A stretch of 37,553 bases of DNA from Candidatus Roizmanbacteria bacterium. Lineage in GTDB: Bacteria; Patescibacteriota; Microgenomatia; UBA1406; GWC2-37-13. The position numbers were made by a program, and so were the translations under genes. Positions 16,877-24,745 of this stretch are shown here, in pieces. The notes under the pieces were generated by a model. The model had not been told where the DNA came from. It searched no databases and was given only the letters and a program-made list of their open reading frames with translations. The stretch is from positions 1 through 37,553 of the forward strand of contig JAPLYQ010000031.1 in the NCBI GenBank assembly GCA_026395475.1, read 5' to 3'. Every line of letters begins with the position of its first letter. Within the stretch, counting starts at the first letter, position 1.

Positions 16877-18486
16877 ATAAAAAAATTGTCATCTCAACCC
16901 TTCTTGCCATTACAGTCATTTCATTCCTGCTGACAGTAGTAAATTTTCGTATTCCTTCTCCCCCATCTTTTAATGCTGACGAAGCAGCTTTTGGATATAA
17001 CGCTTATTCGCTGTTAAAAACGGGAAAAGATGAATATGGGACATTCCTTCCTTTAAGACTCAAGTCATTTGGAGATTATAAGATGCCTCTCTATAGTTAC
17101 CTTTCCGTCCCTTTTATTGCTGTTATGGGACTTACTGAGACAAGCACAAGAGCTCTCAATGCATTTCTTTCGCTACTTTTTCCTTTAGCTGTGTTTCTCT
17201 TAACAAGAGAGTTGTTTAAGAAAGATCTGTACGGACTTGTTGCCGCGTTTTTTTGTGCAACATCTCTAGGACTACATATCGTCGCACGACACGCACATGA
17301 AGCTTATCTTGCGGCATTTCTGACCACAACTACATTTTATTTTCTTCTGAGATTTTTAAAACGACAATCAAAACTTGCAGGTTTATTTTTTTCTCTGTCA
17401 CTTTTTCTCATGCTCTTTGCCTACCAGACGGGCAGACTATTTGCTGGGTTATTTTTTTGTGCAGCAGTGATATATGCTATTCAACAAAAAAAAGTGAAAA
17501 AATACCTTCCAATATTCCTCATTGTGATAATTATCATTGGGGTTTTCAGTATTAGCGACTTAATCTATAAGCCTGAACGGCTCAAAAGTCTGTTCTTTTT
17601 TTCAAGCCCAGGAGTCCAGCTTACAGTAAACGAATTAAAAACAGAGGGTGGAATTCGTTACCTTTATAATCCTCTTTTTGTTGGAATACGTGAAATGGCA
17701 TTTGAACACTTTAGTTATTTCTCCCCACAATTCCTCCTTCAAAACGGGGATGGAAACGACCGATTTGGATATAAAGGAATGGGGCTAATTACTCCAATTG
17801 AATATATCTTATTCTTTGTCGGAATATATTATTTAGTAAAGAAGAGGGAAGAATGGGGATTTGTTTTGTTATTTATTTTATTTCTAACTCCCCTTTCGGC
17901 ATCACTGTCTTGGTCAACCTCTTCTCTTACCAGATCACTTTTCCTTCTTATACCTATTTCTACACTTGCAGGATATGGTGCAGTAAACTTATTCCATTCT
18001 TTAAAAAAGAATTATTATTCCTATCTAACTATTGGCCTGGTTGTTTGTCTATTTGGATATCTAGCCCTTATGCAGTGGGATTTTTACTTGTTCCACTATC
18101 CAAAACGACTTATTACTATCCATGCATGGCAAGCAGGCTACAAGGAAGTGAATGGATATATAAGAGAGAATTACGATTCAACAAATCACTTTTATATTAC
18201 GAGAGATATTGGACAACCTTATATATTTACCCTCTTCTACCTGCAATATCCCCCAGCAAAATATCAGAAAGAAGCGATTCTTTCCTCACCTGATGAATAT
18301 GGATTTGGACAGGTGGAGAAATTCGATAAATTCATATTCGAATTCAAGAGCCCAAGTAAGCTGCAAAAAAATGACGTAGTTATTGGTTCGCGAGATAACT
18401 TTAGAGAAATTGAAAAACAATATAATCCAATAGTTATAGCTCCACAAGGAGAACCGATGTTTGAGATATATAAAAAATCAAATTAA
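16873..18486 (+). CDS. GT39/PMT-ArnT-like polytopic glycosyltransferase (paralog of 4136-5845)
   Basis: 537 aa, multi-TM. After TM1: FNADEAAFGYNAYSLLKTGKDEYGTFLPLRLKSFGDYKMPLYSYLSVPF. Confidence 0.75.
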   Translation: MNKKIVISTLLAITVISFLLTVVNFRIPSPPSFNADEAAFGYNAYSLLKTGKDEYGTFLPLRLKSFGDYKMPLYSYLSVPFIAVMGLTETSTRALNAFLSLLFPLAVFLLTRELFKKDLYGLVAAFFCATSLGLHIVARHAHEAYLAAFLTTTTFYFLLRFLKRQSKLAGLFFSLSLFLMLFAYQTGRLFAGLFFCAAVIYAIQQKKVKKYLPIFLIVIIIIGVFSISDLIYKPERLKSLFFFSSPGVQLTVNELKTEGGIRYLYNPLFVGIREMAFEHFSYFSPQFLLQNGDGNDRFGYKGMGLITPIEYILFFVGIYYLVKKREEWGFVLLFILFLTPLSASLSWSTSSLTRSLFLLIPISTLAGYGAVNLFHSLKKNYYSYLTIGLVVCLFGYLALMQWDFYLFHYPKRLITIHAWQAGYKEVNGYIRENYDSTNHFYITRDIGQPYIFTLFYLQYPPAKYQKEAILSSPDEYGFGQVEKFDKFIFEFKSPSKLQKNDVVIGSRDNFREIEKQYNPIVIAPQGEPMFEIYKKSN

Positions 18487-19049
18487 AGAAGAATAGGAAG
18501 ACTCAATAAATATAATGCATGCACTAATATTGGTGCAATCGTATTTTTTCTTAGAGAAAAAACTACGGATGTTGTAAGACTGAGTACCGTATTTAATATC
18601 ATCATCTGGATAAGTGTTCCTCCTGAAATTTTATCTGCCCCAAAAAGAACTGGAACATGAAGAAAAAAGAATAATAAAGCTGAGATAGCAAGTGGCTTAA
18701 ATATGGTTTTTGATTCAGCTGAAAGTCGATTAAACACAAATCCTGTCGATAAAATTTGCTCCATACTAAATGCTGTTGCAATAAATAAACTTCCGATTCC
18801 AAGACCAAAAATGATATCCATTGCTTTGTTTGTCTTTGAAAATCCTAACCCTTTAAGGAAAGGTTTTTTCTCCATCATTACAATAAACCAGTACATTGGA
18901 AGAAGAAATACAACAGGTTTTGCGATAAACTCATCAAACCAAATGGGAAGAGCCATTCTGAAAGTTGCTCGATAGAAACTCCATAGGATAAGAACAATAG
19001 CCCATATATTAAGCATCTTCTGTGTAGGGCCTACATCACTTTTTGTCAT
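18483..19049 (-). CDS. CPBP/Abi (CAAX-protease)-like membrane protein with partly divergent motifs
   Basis: 188 aa with about 6 TM segments. Motif-like strings are DEFIAKP (cf. EExxxR), FFFLHVP (FxxxH) and VHALYLL (cf. HxxxN). Confidence 0.4.
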   Translation of the reverse strand: MTKSDVGPTQKMLNIWAIVLILWSFYRATFRMALPIWFDEFIAKPVVFLLPMYWFIVMMEKKPFLKGLGFSKTNKAMDIIFGLGIGSLFIATAFSMEQILSTGFVFNRLSAESKTIFKPLAISALLFFFLHVPVLFGADKISGGTLIQMMILNTVLSLTTSVVFSLRKNTIAPILVHALYLLSLPILL

Positions 19050-19093
19050 ACCTAACTGTACCGTAGAAAAAGGTGAATATCAACTAGATGAAG

Positions 19094-19228
19094 TCCTAAA
19101 TACTAAACTCTAAATCTTAAACAAATAAAACAAAATCTTAAAATTCTAAATGGATACCAGAGAAGTTTTGTTTTATTTCAAATTTAGGATTTGTTTAGTA
19201 TTTAAAGTTTAGGGTTTAGAGTTTAAGT
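19094..19228. repeat. Symmetric heptamer array: six YYYTAAA units facing six TTTARRN units around a 13-bp perfect inverted repeat
   Basis: Left units start at 19094, 19101, 19108, 19115, 19136 and 19144 (tcctaaa tactaaa ctctaaa tcttaaa ... tcttaaa . ttctaaa). Right units start at 19183, 19194, 19201, 19208, 19215 and 19222 (tttagga ... tttagta tttaaag tttaggg tttagag tttaagt). aaataaaacaaaa (19123-19135) is the exact reverse complement of ttttgttttattt (19166-19178). Confidence 0.8.
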
Positions 19229-19232
19229 GAGG

Positions 19233-20246
19233 TTATGCTCTTTTCTTTAAGAAGTTTTCTATCATAAGGTCCAAGTCACCATCAAGTATTTTATCGGTGT
19301 CAAACTCTTCATATCCTGTTCGCAAATCCTTTACCAGTCTATATGGGTGGAGAACATATGAGCGAATTTGGTGACCCCATGATGCCATTTTTTCAGTTTT
19401 AAATCCCTCTATCTCTTTACTTCTCTTTTCTTGTTCAATCTGCCATAATTTTGATCGTAATATTTTCATTGCAGTATCTCTATTCTTTAATTGTTCACGC
19501 TCTGTTTGACATGAAACAATAATGCCTGAGGGTTTATGAATAAGTCTCACTGCTGTTGACACTTTATTTACGTTTTGTCCACCGTGCCCTCCAGCACGAT
19601 AGAATTGCCATTCAATATCTTCAGTTCTCACTTCAATTTCCTTATCTTCAATAACTGGAAGCACTTCAACAAGTGCAAAAGATGTTTGACGAAGTTTATC
19701 TGCATTAAAAGGTGATTGACGGACTAATCTGTGTACACCTGCTTCGGCTTTTAAAAGTCCATATGCAAAACGCCCATGCACAGCTATCGTTACACTTTTT
19801 ATCCCTGCTTCTTCTCCATCAACGCGATCAACCATTTCATATGACCCACCCTTTCGTTCTACAAACCGTGTATACATGCGGAATAGCATTGACGACCAAT
19901 CCATGGCTTCAGTTCCCCCTTGGCCGGCATGAATGGAAAATACAGCATCTCCTCTATCGTATGGTCCTGAAAGAAAAAGAAGGATTTCATACTGTGAGAT
20001 AAGTTTTGAAGCATTAGTAAGATCATCTTCTTCTACGAGTAATTGCATCATTTCAATATCGTCTATCTCTTTTTTTAAAACGGAAATACGTTTTAATGTT
20101 TCTGCAGCTTTTTTTGGGTCTCCCCAAAAATCTCCATCATACGTTAATTTTTCAAGATCAGAAACCTCTGCTTTTTTTGCAGGTAAGTTTGATTTTAAAA
20201 GAATATTGTCTAGTTTACGCTGTAGCTCTTCCTTTTCATTATCCAT
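19233..20246 (-). CDS. prfB: Peptide chain release factor 2
   Basis: It has the SPF tripeptide ([16 protein letters not shown]) and the GGQ motif ([35 protein letters not shown]). It is collinear with E. coli RF2 along its length. Confidence 0.92.
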   Translation of the reverse strand: MDNEKEELQRKLDNILLKSNLPAKKAEVSDLEKLTYDGDFWGDPKKAAETLKRISVLKKEIDDIEMMQLLVEEDDLTNASKLISQYEILLFLSGPYDRGDAVFSIHAGQGGTEAMDWSSMLFRMYTRFVERKGGSYEMVDRVDGEEAGIKSVTIAVHGRFAYGLLKAEAGVHRLVRQSPFNADKLRQTSFALVEVLPVIEDKEIEVRTEDIEWQFYRAGGHGGQNVNKVSTAVRLIHKPSGIIVSCQTEREQLKNRDTAMKILRSKLWQIEQEKRSKEIEGFKTEKMASWGHQIRSYVLHPYRLVKDLRTGYEEFDTDKILDGDLDLMIENFLKKRA

Positions 20247-20255
20247 ATTAAGAAG

Positions 20256-21701
20256 TTACATTATAGCTTGTTCTTTATCTGCTAGAACAGTTACTTTTGC
20301 GTTTTTTGCATAATCTGCAAGTTCTGACTTAACTAATACACCCAAGTGTTCATTACCCTTTTTTACAGCGATCTCAGTTAACTCAAAATCAAACGTTTCT
20401 GCATTTCCGGTGACAATATCTTGATACCCCTTCTCCTTCATAACTGTCTTGACGTCTCCAGCTTTACCAGGAGTCCCAGACCCATTAAGTATTTTGACTT
20501 TGATTGTGTCTTTTTTTATTATCGGTGTTGGAGTTGCTGTAGGCAATGGAACTGCTGTTGGAACTGGAGTTGGTTTTGCTTTCGCTATAAAACTTGGAAG
20601 CCTCATATTAAAGCCTGCAGGAGATTGTGTAAGGAGAGTAAAGATAAGAAAGGACCCTGCAAAAGACACAATAAAAAGCATTATTTCTTTTGAAATACGA
20701 ATAGATGGCATATTAAAGTTTTTCTTTTGAACTGATTTACCCATCACAGCAAGTGAGGGACTAAATGTATTTTTCAAAAGTGAAAAACCTCTATTTTCAA
20801 TAGAAAATATAAGAGCACCAAAACAGATGTCGAATTGTAAAATTGGAAAAGGATTATTGTCGATTGGAACAAGCATCTTTAAATAATCTGCATAAAAATG
20901 AGGAAGAATTCGTTTAAGCGGATTTGTCCAAATTCCCACATCTTTAGTAAATGTATCCTGTCTAACTGAATCTGAAAGAGTTCCAGAAAGGATAAGTCTA
21001 TTTATCTTTAAATGTTTTTCCTCATATTCTGCACCTATCTTTTTCAAAGGCTCTTCAACTCCTTTTCCTGCTATTAATTTTGCAGAAAATGATTCTTTTT
21101 CAAGGAGTCCAAAAGAGTCAAATAAATATGCGCTGATTAAATCTTCTTCGTATGATCCATATAATATGTGCTCGATTTTCCCTCTTCTCAGCGTTTTTTC
21201 AAAGAGTTTGTAGTAAGAAAGAGTATCAGGAATCAATGCAAGAAGCTGCATTTCAACTAACTGCAATGTGTCTTTATATGCTTGAACTGTTGATTCTTCT
21301 ATTGCATAAAGGCTAACTATGCGTTTCGCATCGTTTTCCGCCCCGACAAAATCATAATATACAGAATCTAGATGAGCTGGAAGGATCGAGCGTGCTTTCT
21401 CTTTCATAAATGAGGCAATTGCAGGTGGCGCCATATCATTTGGTACTTCTGCACGAGAAAAATAGAAGGCTTCCTGTGGAAGAATGAGAGAAATTTGTTT
21501 TTCTTTTGCGGCGCCACCTGTGAGGTGTGAGACAACTTCTTTAATAGCTGATGCAACAATATCTGTATGAGCTACTTTACCAGCCTTAAGAAGTTGTACA
21601 CTAAATTTTTTTTCTGCCTGTTGGACACTATACTGCCCCAACAATGACTTATTGACATGAAGGGCCTTGATGACATGTTGTCCAATATAAATATAAAGCA
21701 T
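20256..21701 (-). CDS. Membrane protein with a PilM-like (actin-like ATPase fold) N-terminal region, one TM, a Pro/Thr linker and a C-terminal LytR_C domain
   Basis: C-terminus IKVKILNGSGTPGKAGDVKTVMKEKGYQDIVTGNAETFDFELTEIAVKK matches the LytR_C pattern. The linker is KPTPVPTAVPLPTATPTPI and the TM is IMLFIVSFAGSFLIFTLL. The N-terminal ~330 aa (LYIYIGQHVIKAL..., LALIPDTLSYYKLF) resemble PilM only weakly. Confidence 0.5.
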   Translation of the reverse strand: MLYIYIGQHVIKALHVNKSLLGQYSVQQAEKKFSVQLLKAGKVAHTDIVASAIKEVVSHLTGGAAKEKQISLILPQEAFYFSRAEVPNDMAPPAIASFMKEKARSILPAHLDSVYYDFVGAENDAKRIVSLYAIEESTVQAYKDTLQLVEMQLLALIPDTLSYYKLFEKTLRRGKIEHILYGSYEEDLISAYLFDSFGLLEKESFSAKLIAGKGVEEPLKKIGAEYEEKHLKINRLILSGTLSDSVRQDTFTKDVGIWTNPLKRILPHFYADYLKMLVPIDNNPFPILQFDICFGALIFSIENRGFSLLKNTFSPSLAVMGKSVQKKNFNMPSIRISKEIMLFIVSFAGSFLIFTLLTQSPAGFNMRLPSFIAKAKPTPVPTAVPLPTATPTPIIKKDTIKVKILNGSGTPGKAGDVKTVMKEKGYQDIVTGNAETFDFELTEIAVKKGNEHLGVLVKSELADYAKNAKVTVLADKEQAIM

Positions 21702-21717
21702 ACGTAAATGTATCTCT

Positions 21718-21723
21718 ATTATA
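21718..21723 (-). promoter_or_regulatory. Candidate -10 box (perfect TATAAT on the minus strand) for the 21701-19233 operon
   Basis: The minus strand reads ...TTGCAT-18 nt-TATAAT-16 nt-ATG(21701). It sits in the 71-bp divergent spacer shared with dnaG. Confidence 0.3.
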
Positions 21724-21755
21724 GTGTCTAATTGACAAAAAATGCAAGTAGCATT

Positions 21756-21764
21756 TGGTACAAT
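21756..21764 (+). promoter_or_regulatory. Candidate extended -10 element TGgTACAAT upstream of dnaG
   Basis: TG at 21756-21757 and TACAAT at 21759-21764. The dnaG ATG lies at 21773, so the predicted 5' UTR is only about 0-2 nt. No Shine-Dalgarno sequence is visible. Confidence 0.3.
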
Positions 21765-21772
21765 GATGCAAA

Positions 21773-23527
21773 ATGGAAAGCGCGATAGAAAAACTTAAAG
21801 AACGAATTGATCTAGTAGAACTCATTGGTTCTTACGTCCAATTGAAAAAGGCTGGACGTAATTTTAAAGGAATATGTCCATTTCATCAAGAAAAAACTCC
21901 TTCATTTGTAGTTTCCCCAGATCGTCAACTCTGGCGTTGTTTTGGATCTTGTGGAATTGGGGGCGATGCAATAGCCTTTTACATGAAATATGAAAATCTT
22001 TCATTTCTTGAAGCCCTTACAGACCTCGCTACACGTTATGGCATTGTAATTGAAAAAATGCCTGTTGAAGATAAAATCGTCCATTATAAAGAAAGATTAA
22101 TCAAGGTTAATCAAGTAGCAACTGATTTTTACCATTATATTCTTACAAAGTCCTCTATTGGAAAACCAGCCCTCGACTATCTGAAAAATCGATCCATCTC
22201 AGATAAAATCATTGAGACTTTCCAGCTTGGGTATTCCCCTTCTTCTTGGGACTCACTTACTCGATTTCTCCATACAAAGAAATTTGAAAATAAAGAACTT
22301 GTAGATAGTGGCCTTTGTGTGCAAAAACAAATGGGCGGGTCTGTGTATGATCGATTTAGAGGGAGAGTAATGTTTCCACTCAAAGATCATCGAGGTAATA
22401 CTGTTGGATTTTCGGGACGCATCTTAAGTGGTGATAGTGAAGCAAAATATGTCAACACCCCCGAAACCACTCTTTATCATAAGCGTTCTATGCTATTTGG
22501 ACTTCATCTGACAAAAGATGCTGTAAAAAAAGAAAATAAGATTATTCTTGTTGAAGGTGAATTTGATGTAATTATGCCATTTCAACAAGGAGTGAGCGCT
22601 ATTGCCGCTATAAAAGGATCAGCTCTTACTACAGAACAACTCCAACTTATTAAAAGATATACAAACCGCGTATATCTTGCCCTTGATGCTGACAAAGCGG
22701 GAGAAGAGGCCATCCGTCGAGCTATTGAAGTGGCAGAGCCTATGGGATTTGAGCTTGGAGTTATTGTTATTGATGGAGGAAAAGATCCAGATGAAGCAGT
22801 GCGTACAAATGAAATTGAATTTAAAAAATCACTTGAACATCCTATTCCTGTTTATGATTTTCTCATGCAGATGTTTGCAAAAAAATATCCTCCATCTGAT
22901 CCTTTTAATAAAAAACAAATTGGAGAGGAAATGGCTCCTTTTTTGTATGCAATTACCAATCCAATAGTCCAGTCATACTATATTAAACAGCTTGCAAAAC
23001 TTCTTGATGTGAGTGAAGATGCCGCAGGACGAGTTGTTCGAGGATATAGAAAAAGACATCTCATAAGGCCAAACAAGCAGGAGGTCCAAGTTAAAAAGCC
23101 ACTTCGCGAACTTGTTATTCAACAATTTTTGTTGGAACAGCTCTTACATGCGCCATCACTCACTCCCTATATGACCGAGATTCAAAACATTATTACAGAT
23201 GACGTTTTTACAGCACCTTCCTATGGAAAATTGTTTACAAAATTACATGAAAAAGCTCAGGAAGGTGGAACATTTGATATTAATGCATTTATAAAGACTC
23301 TTCCTGCAGAATTAGCCTCAGTTGCGGACGAATTATATCTAAAAGCATCTTCAGATGAACAAAGCGCGACAAACTCAATAAAACATATTGCATTGGAAAT
23401 AAAGAGAAATGCACTGCGATCAAAACTCAAAAATATCCTCAATTCTGCTTCTGAGGCTGATGAGGAAATATTGAAGGAATTGCAGGCTCAATTAAAAGAA
23501 CTGGAAAAAATGAGCTCAACAGTATAA
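21773..23527 (+). CDS. dnaG: DNA primase
   Basis: CHC2 zinc finger [41 protein letters not shown] strings [10 protein letters not shown] and [12 protein letters not shown]. Confidence 0.93.
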   Translation: MESAIEKLKERIDLVELIGSYVQLKKAGRNFKGICPFHQEKTPSFVVSPDRQLWRCFGSCGIGGDAIAFYMKYENLSFLEALTDLATRYGIVIEKMPVEDKIVHYKERLIKVNQVATDFYHYILTKSSIGKPALDYLKNRSISDKIIETFQLGYSPSSWDSLTRFLHTKKFENKELVDSGLCVQKQMGGSVYDRFRGRVMFPLKDHRGNTVGFSGRILSGDSEAKYVNTPETTLYHKRSMLFGLHLTKDAVKKENKIILVEGEFDVIMPFQQGVSAIAAIKGSALTTEQLQLIKRYTNRVYLALDADKAGEEAIRRAIEVAEPMGFELGVIVIDGGKDPDEAVRTNEIEFKKSLEHPIPVYDFLMQMFAKKYPPSDPFNKKQIGEEMAPFLYAITNPIVQSYYIKQLAKLLDVSEDAAGRVVRGYRKRHLIRPNKQEVQVKKPLRELVIQQFLLEQLLHAPSLTPYMTEIQNIITDDVFTAPSYGKLFTKLHEKAQEGGTFDINAFIKTLPAELASVADELYLKASSDEQSATNSIKHIALEIKRNALRSKLKNILNSASEADEEILKELQAQLKELEKMSSTV

Positions 23528-23537
23528 AATAGGAGCT

Positions 23538-24629
23538 ATGATAAAGCCGAAAAGTCCAAAGACATTTAAAGAACTTCTTCAACAAGGAGAAGATGACGGA
23601 TTTATTCTTCAAGATGATATCTTCCTTATATGTAGTGAACCAGAAAAACATATTCTGGAAATAGATGATTTTTTTAATGATGCGCTTCGTAAAGGTATTG
23701 ATATTTTTGAAACGATATCAACACGAGAAGAAGAAGAGGTTCACAAAAGCGCCGAAGAAGTAGAAAAAGAATTGGAACAACTTATCACTGCAAAGCATGG
23801 TGAGAGTCTTGACCCTATCAAAAAATATTTAAAAGAAATTGGAAAAACTCCTTTGCTTAAATTTGAAGAAGAAATTATTCTTGCTAAGTCATACGAAAAA
23901 GGAAGTGAAAAAGCAAAAGAAAAACTTATTAAAGCAAATTTACGTTTGGTTGTGTCCATTGCAAAAAAATATCTTGGTCGAAGATTGTCATTCTTAGATT
24001 TAATTCAGGAAGGTAATAAAGGGCTTATTCGAGGAGTAGAAAAATACAATTGGAGAAGAGGATTTAAATTTTCTACCTATGCAACATGGTGGATTCGACA
24101 GGCCATCACTCGTGCAATTGCTGATCAGTCTCGTACCATTCGTATTCCTGTTCATATGGTAGACCAGATTAATCGTTTTTATAAGACGCAAAGAAAACTT
24201 ACACAAAAACTCGGGAAAGAGCCAACAGTAAAAGAAATTGCAAAAGAAATGTTGGTAACAACTGATGAAATTGAGAATCTTATGAAGATTTCTCAACAGC
24301 CAAAATCTTTATCGACCCCAGTTGGAGATGATAAAGAAGCAACGCTTGAACAGTTTGTAAGCGATCAGTCACAACCAACACTTTATGATAAGGTCTCCAA
24401 AGAACTTTTGAAAGAGGCAATGAATAAAGTACTTGAGACACTTTCTCCAAGAGAGAAAAAAGTTCTTATTATGCGCTTTGGACTTGATGATGGTAAACCA
24501 AAAACACTTGAGGAAGTTGGAAAAGAATTTAAGGTTACGCGAGAACGTATTCGACAAATCGAAGCAAAAGCTATTCGAAAATTAAAGCATCCAACTCGTG
24601 CTCGTAAACTAAAAGACTTCCTTGATTGA
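23538..24629 (+). CDS. rpoD: Primary sigma-70 factor
   Basis: Region 2 [30 protein letters not shown] and region 4.2 [29 protein letters not shown]. An AGGAG Shine-Dalgarno sequence lies 5 nt upstream. It follows dnaG as in the classical dnaG-rpoD operon. Confidence 0.93.
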   Translation: MIKPKSPKTFKELLQQGEDDGFILQDDIFLICSEPEKHILEIDDFFNDALRKGIDIFETISTREEEEVHKSAEEVEKELEQLITAKHGESLDPIKKYLKEIGKTPLLKFEEEIILAKSYEKGSEKAKEKLIKANLRLVVSIAKKYLGRRLSFLDLIQEGNKGLIRGVEKYNWRRGFKFSTYATWWIRQAITRAIADQSRTIRIPVHMVDQINRFYKTQRKLTQKLGKEPTVKEIAKEMLVTTDEIENLMKISQQPKSLSTPVGDDKEATLEQFVSDQSQPTLYDKVSKELLKEAMNKVLETLSPREKKVLIMRFGLDDGKPKTLEEVGKEFKVTRERIRQIEAKAIRKLKHPTRARKLKDFLD

Positions 24630-24696
24630 TGTCGTTTATAGTACACACCGCTAATGCGTTTTTTATGGCTTCATAATAGTCTAAAAATGGGTTTTT

Positions 24697-24712
24697 GCGG
24701 CTTATAAGCCGC
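24697..24712. promoter_or_regulatory. Perfect 16-bp palindrome GCGGCTTATAAGCCGC between rpoD and the XRE regulator gene (operator or weak terminator)
   Basis: It is self-complementary over all 16 nt and GC-rich in an AT-rich spacer. It lies 33 nt upstream of the XRE ATG, with a TATATAT stretch in between. No clean T-run follows it. Confidence 0.4.
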
Positions 24713-24745
24713 TGTGTTTAATCTCTTACTTATATATCCTTCATC

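Noticed and set aside
19094-19228. The heptamer array as a CRISPR array or telomere-like repeat (one unit is exactly TTTAGGG, the plant-type telomere repeat)
   Set aside because: The units are 7 nt with no spacers, so this is not CRISPR architecture. Only one perfect TTTAGGG occurs, among degenerate neighbours, in an internal spacer of a bacterial contig. The telomere match is coincidental.
19233-20313. Programmed +1 frameshift site in prfB
   Set aside because: The ORF is continuous from an ATG that aligns with the RF2 N-terminus. Only 9 nt of upstream spacer exist, and there is no in-frame TGA or CUU-UGA-type motif.
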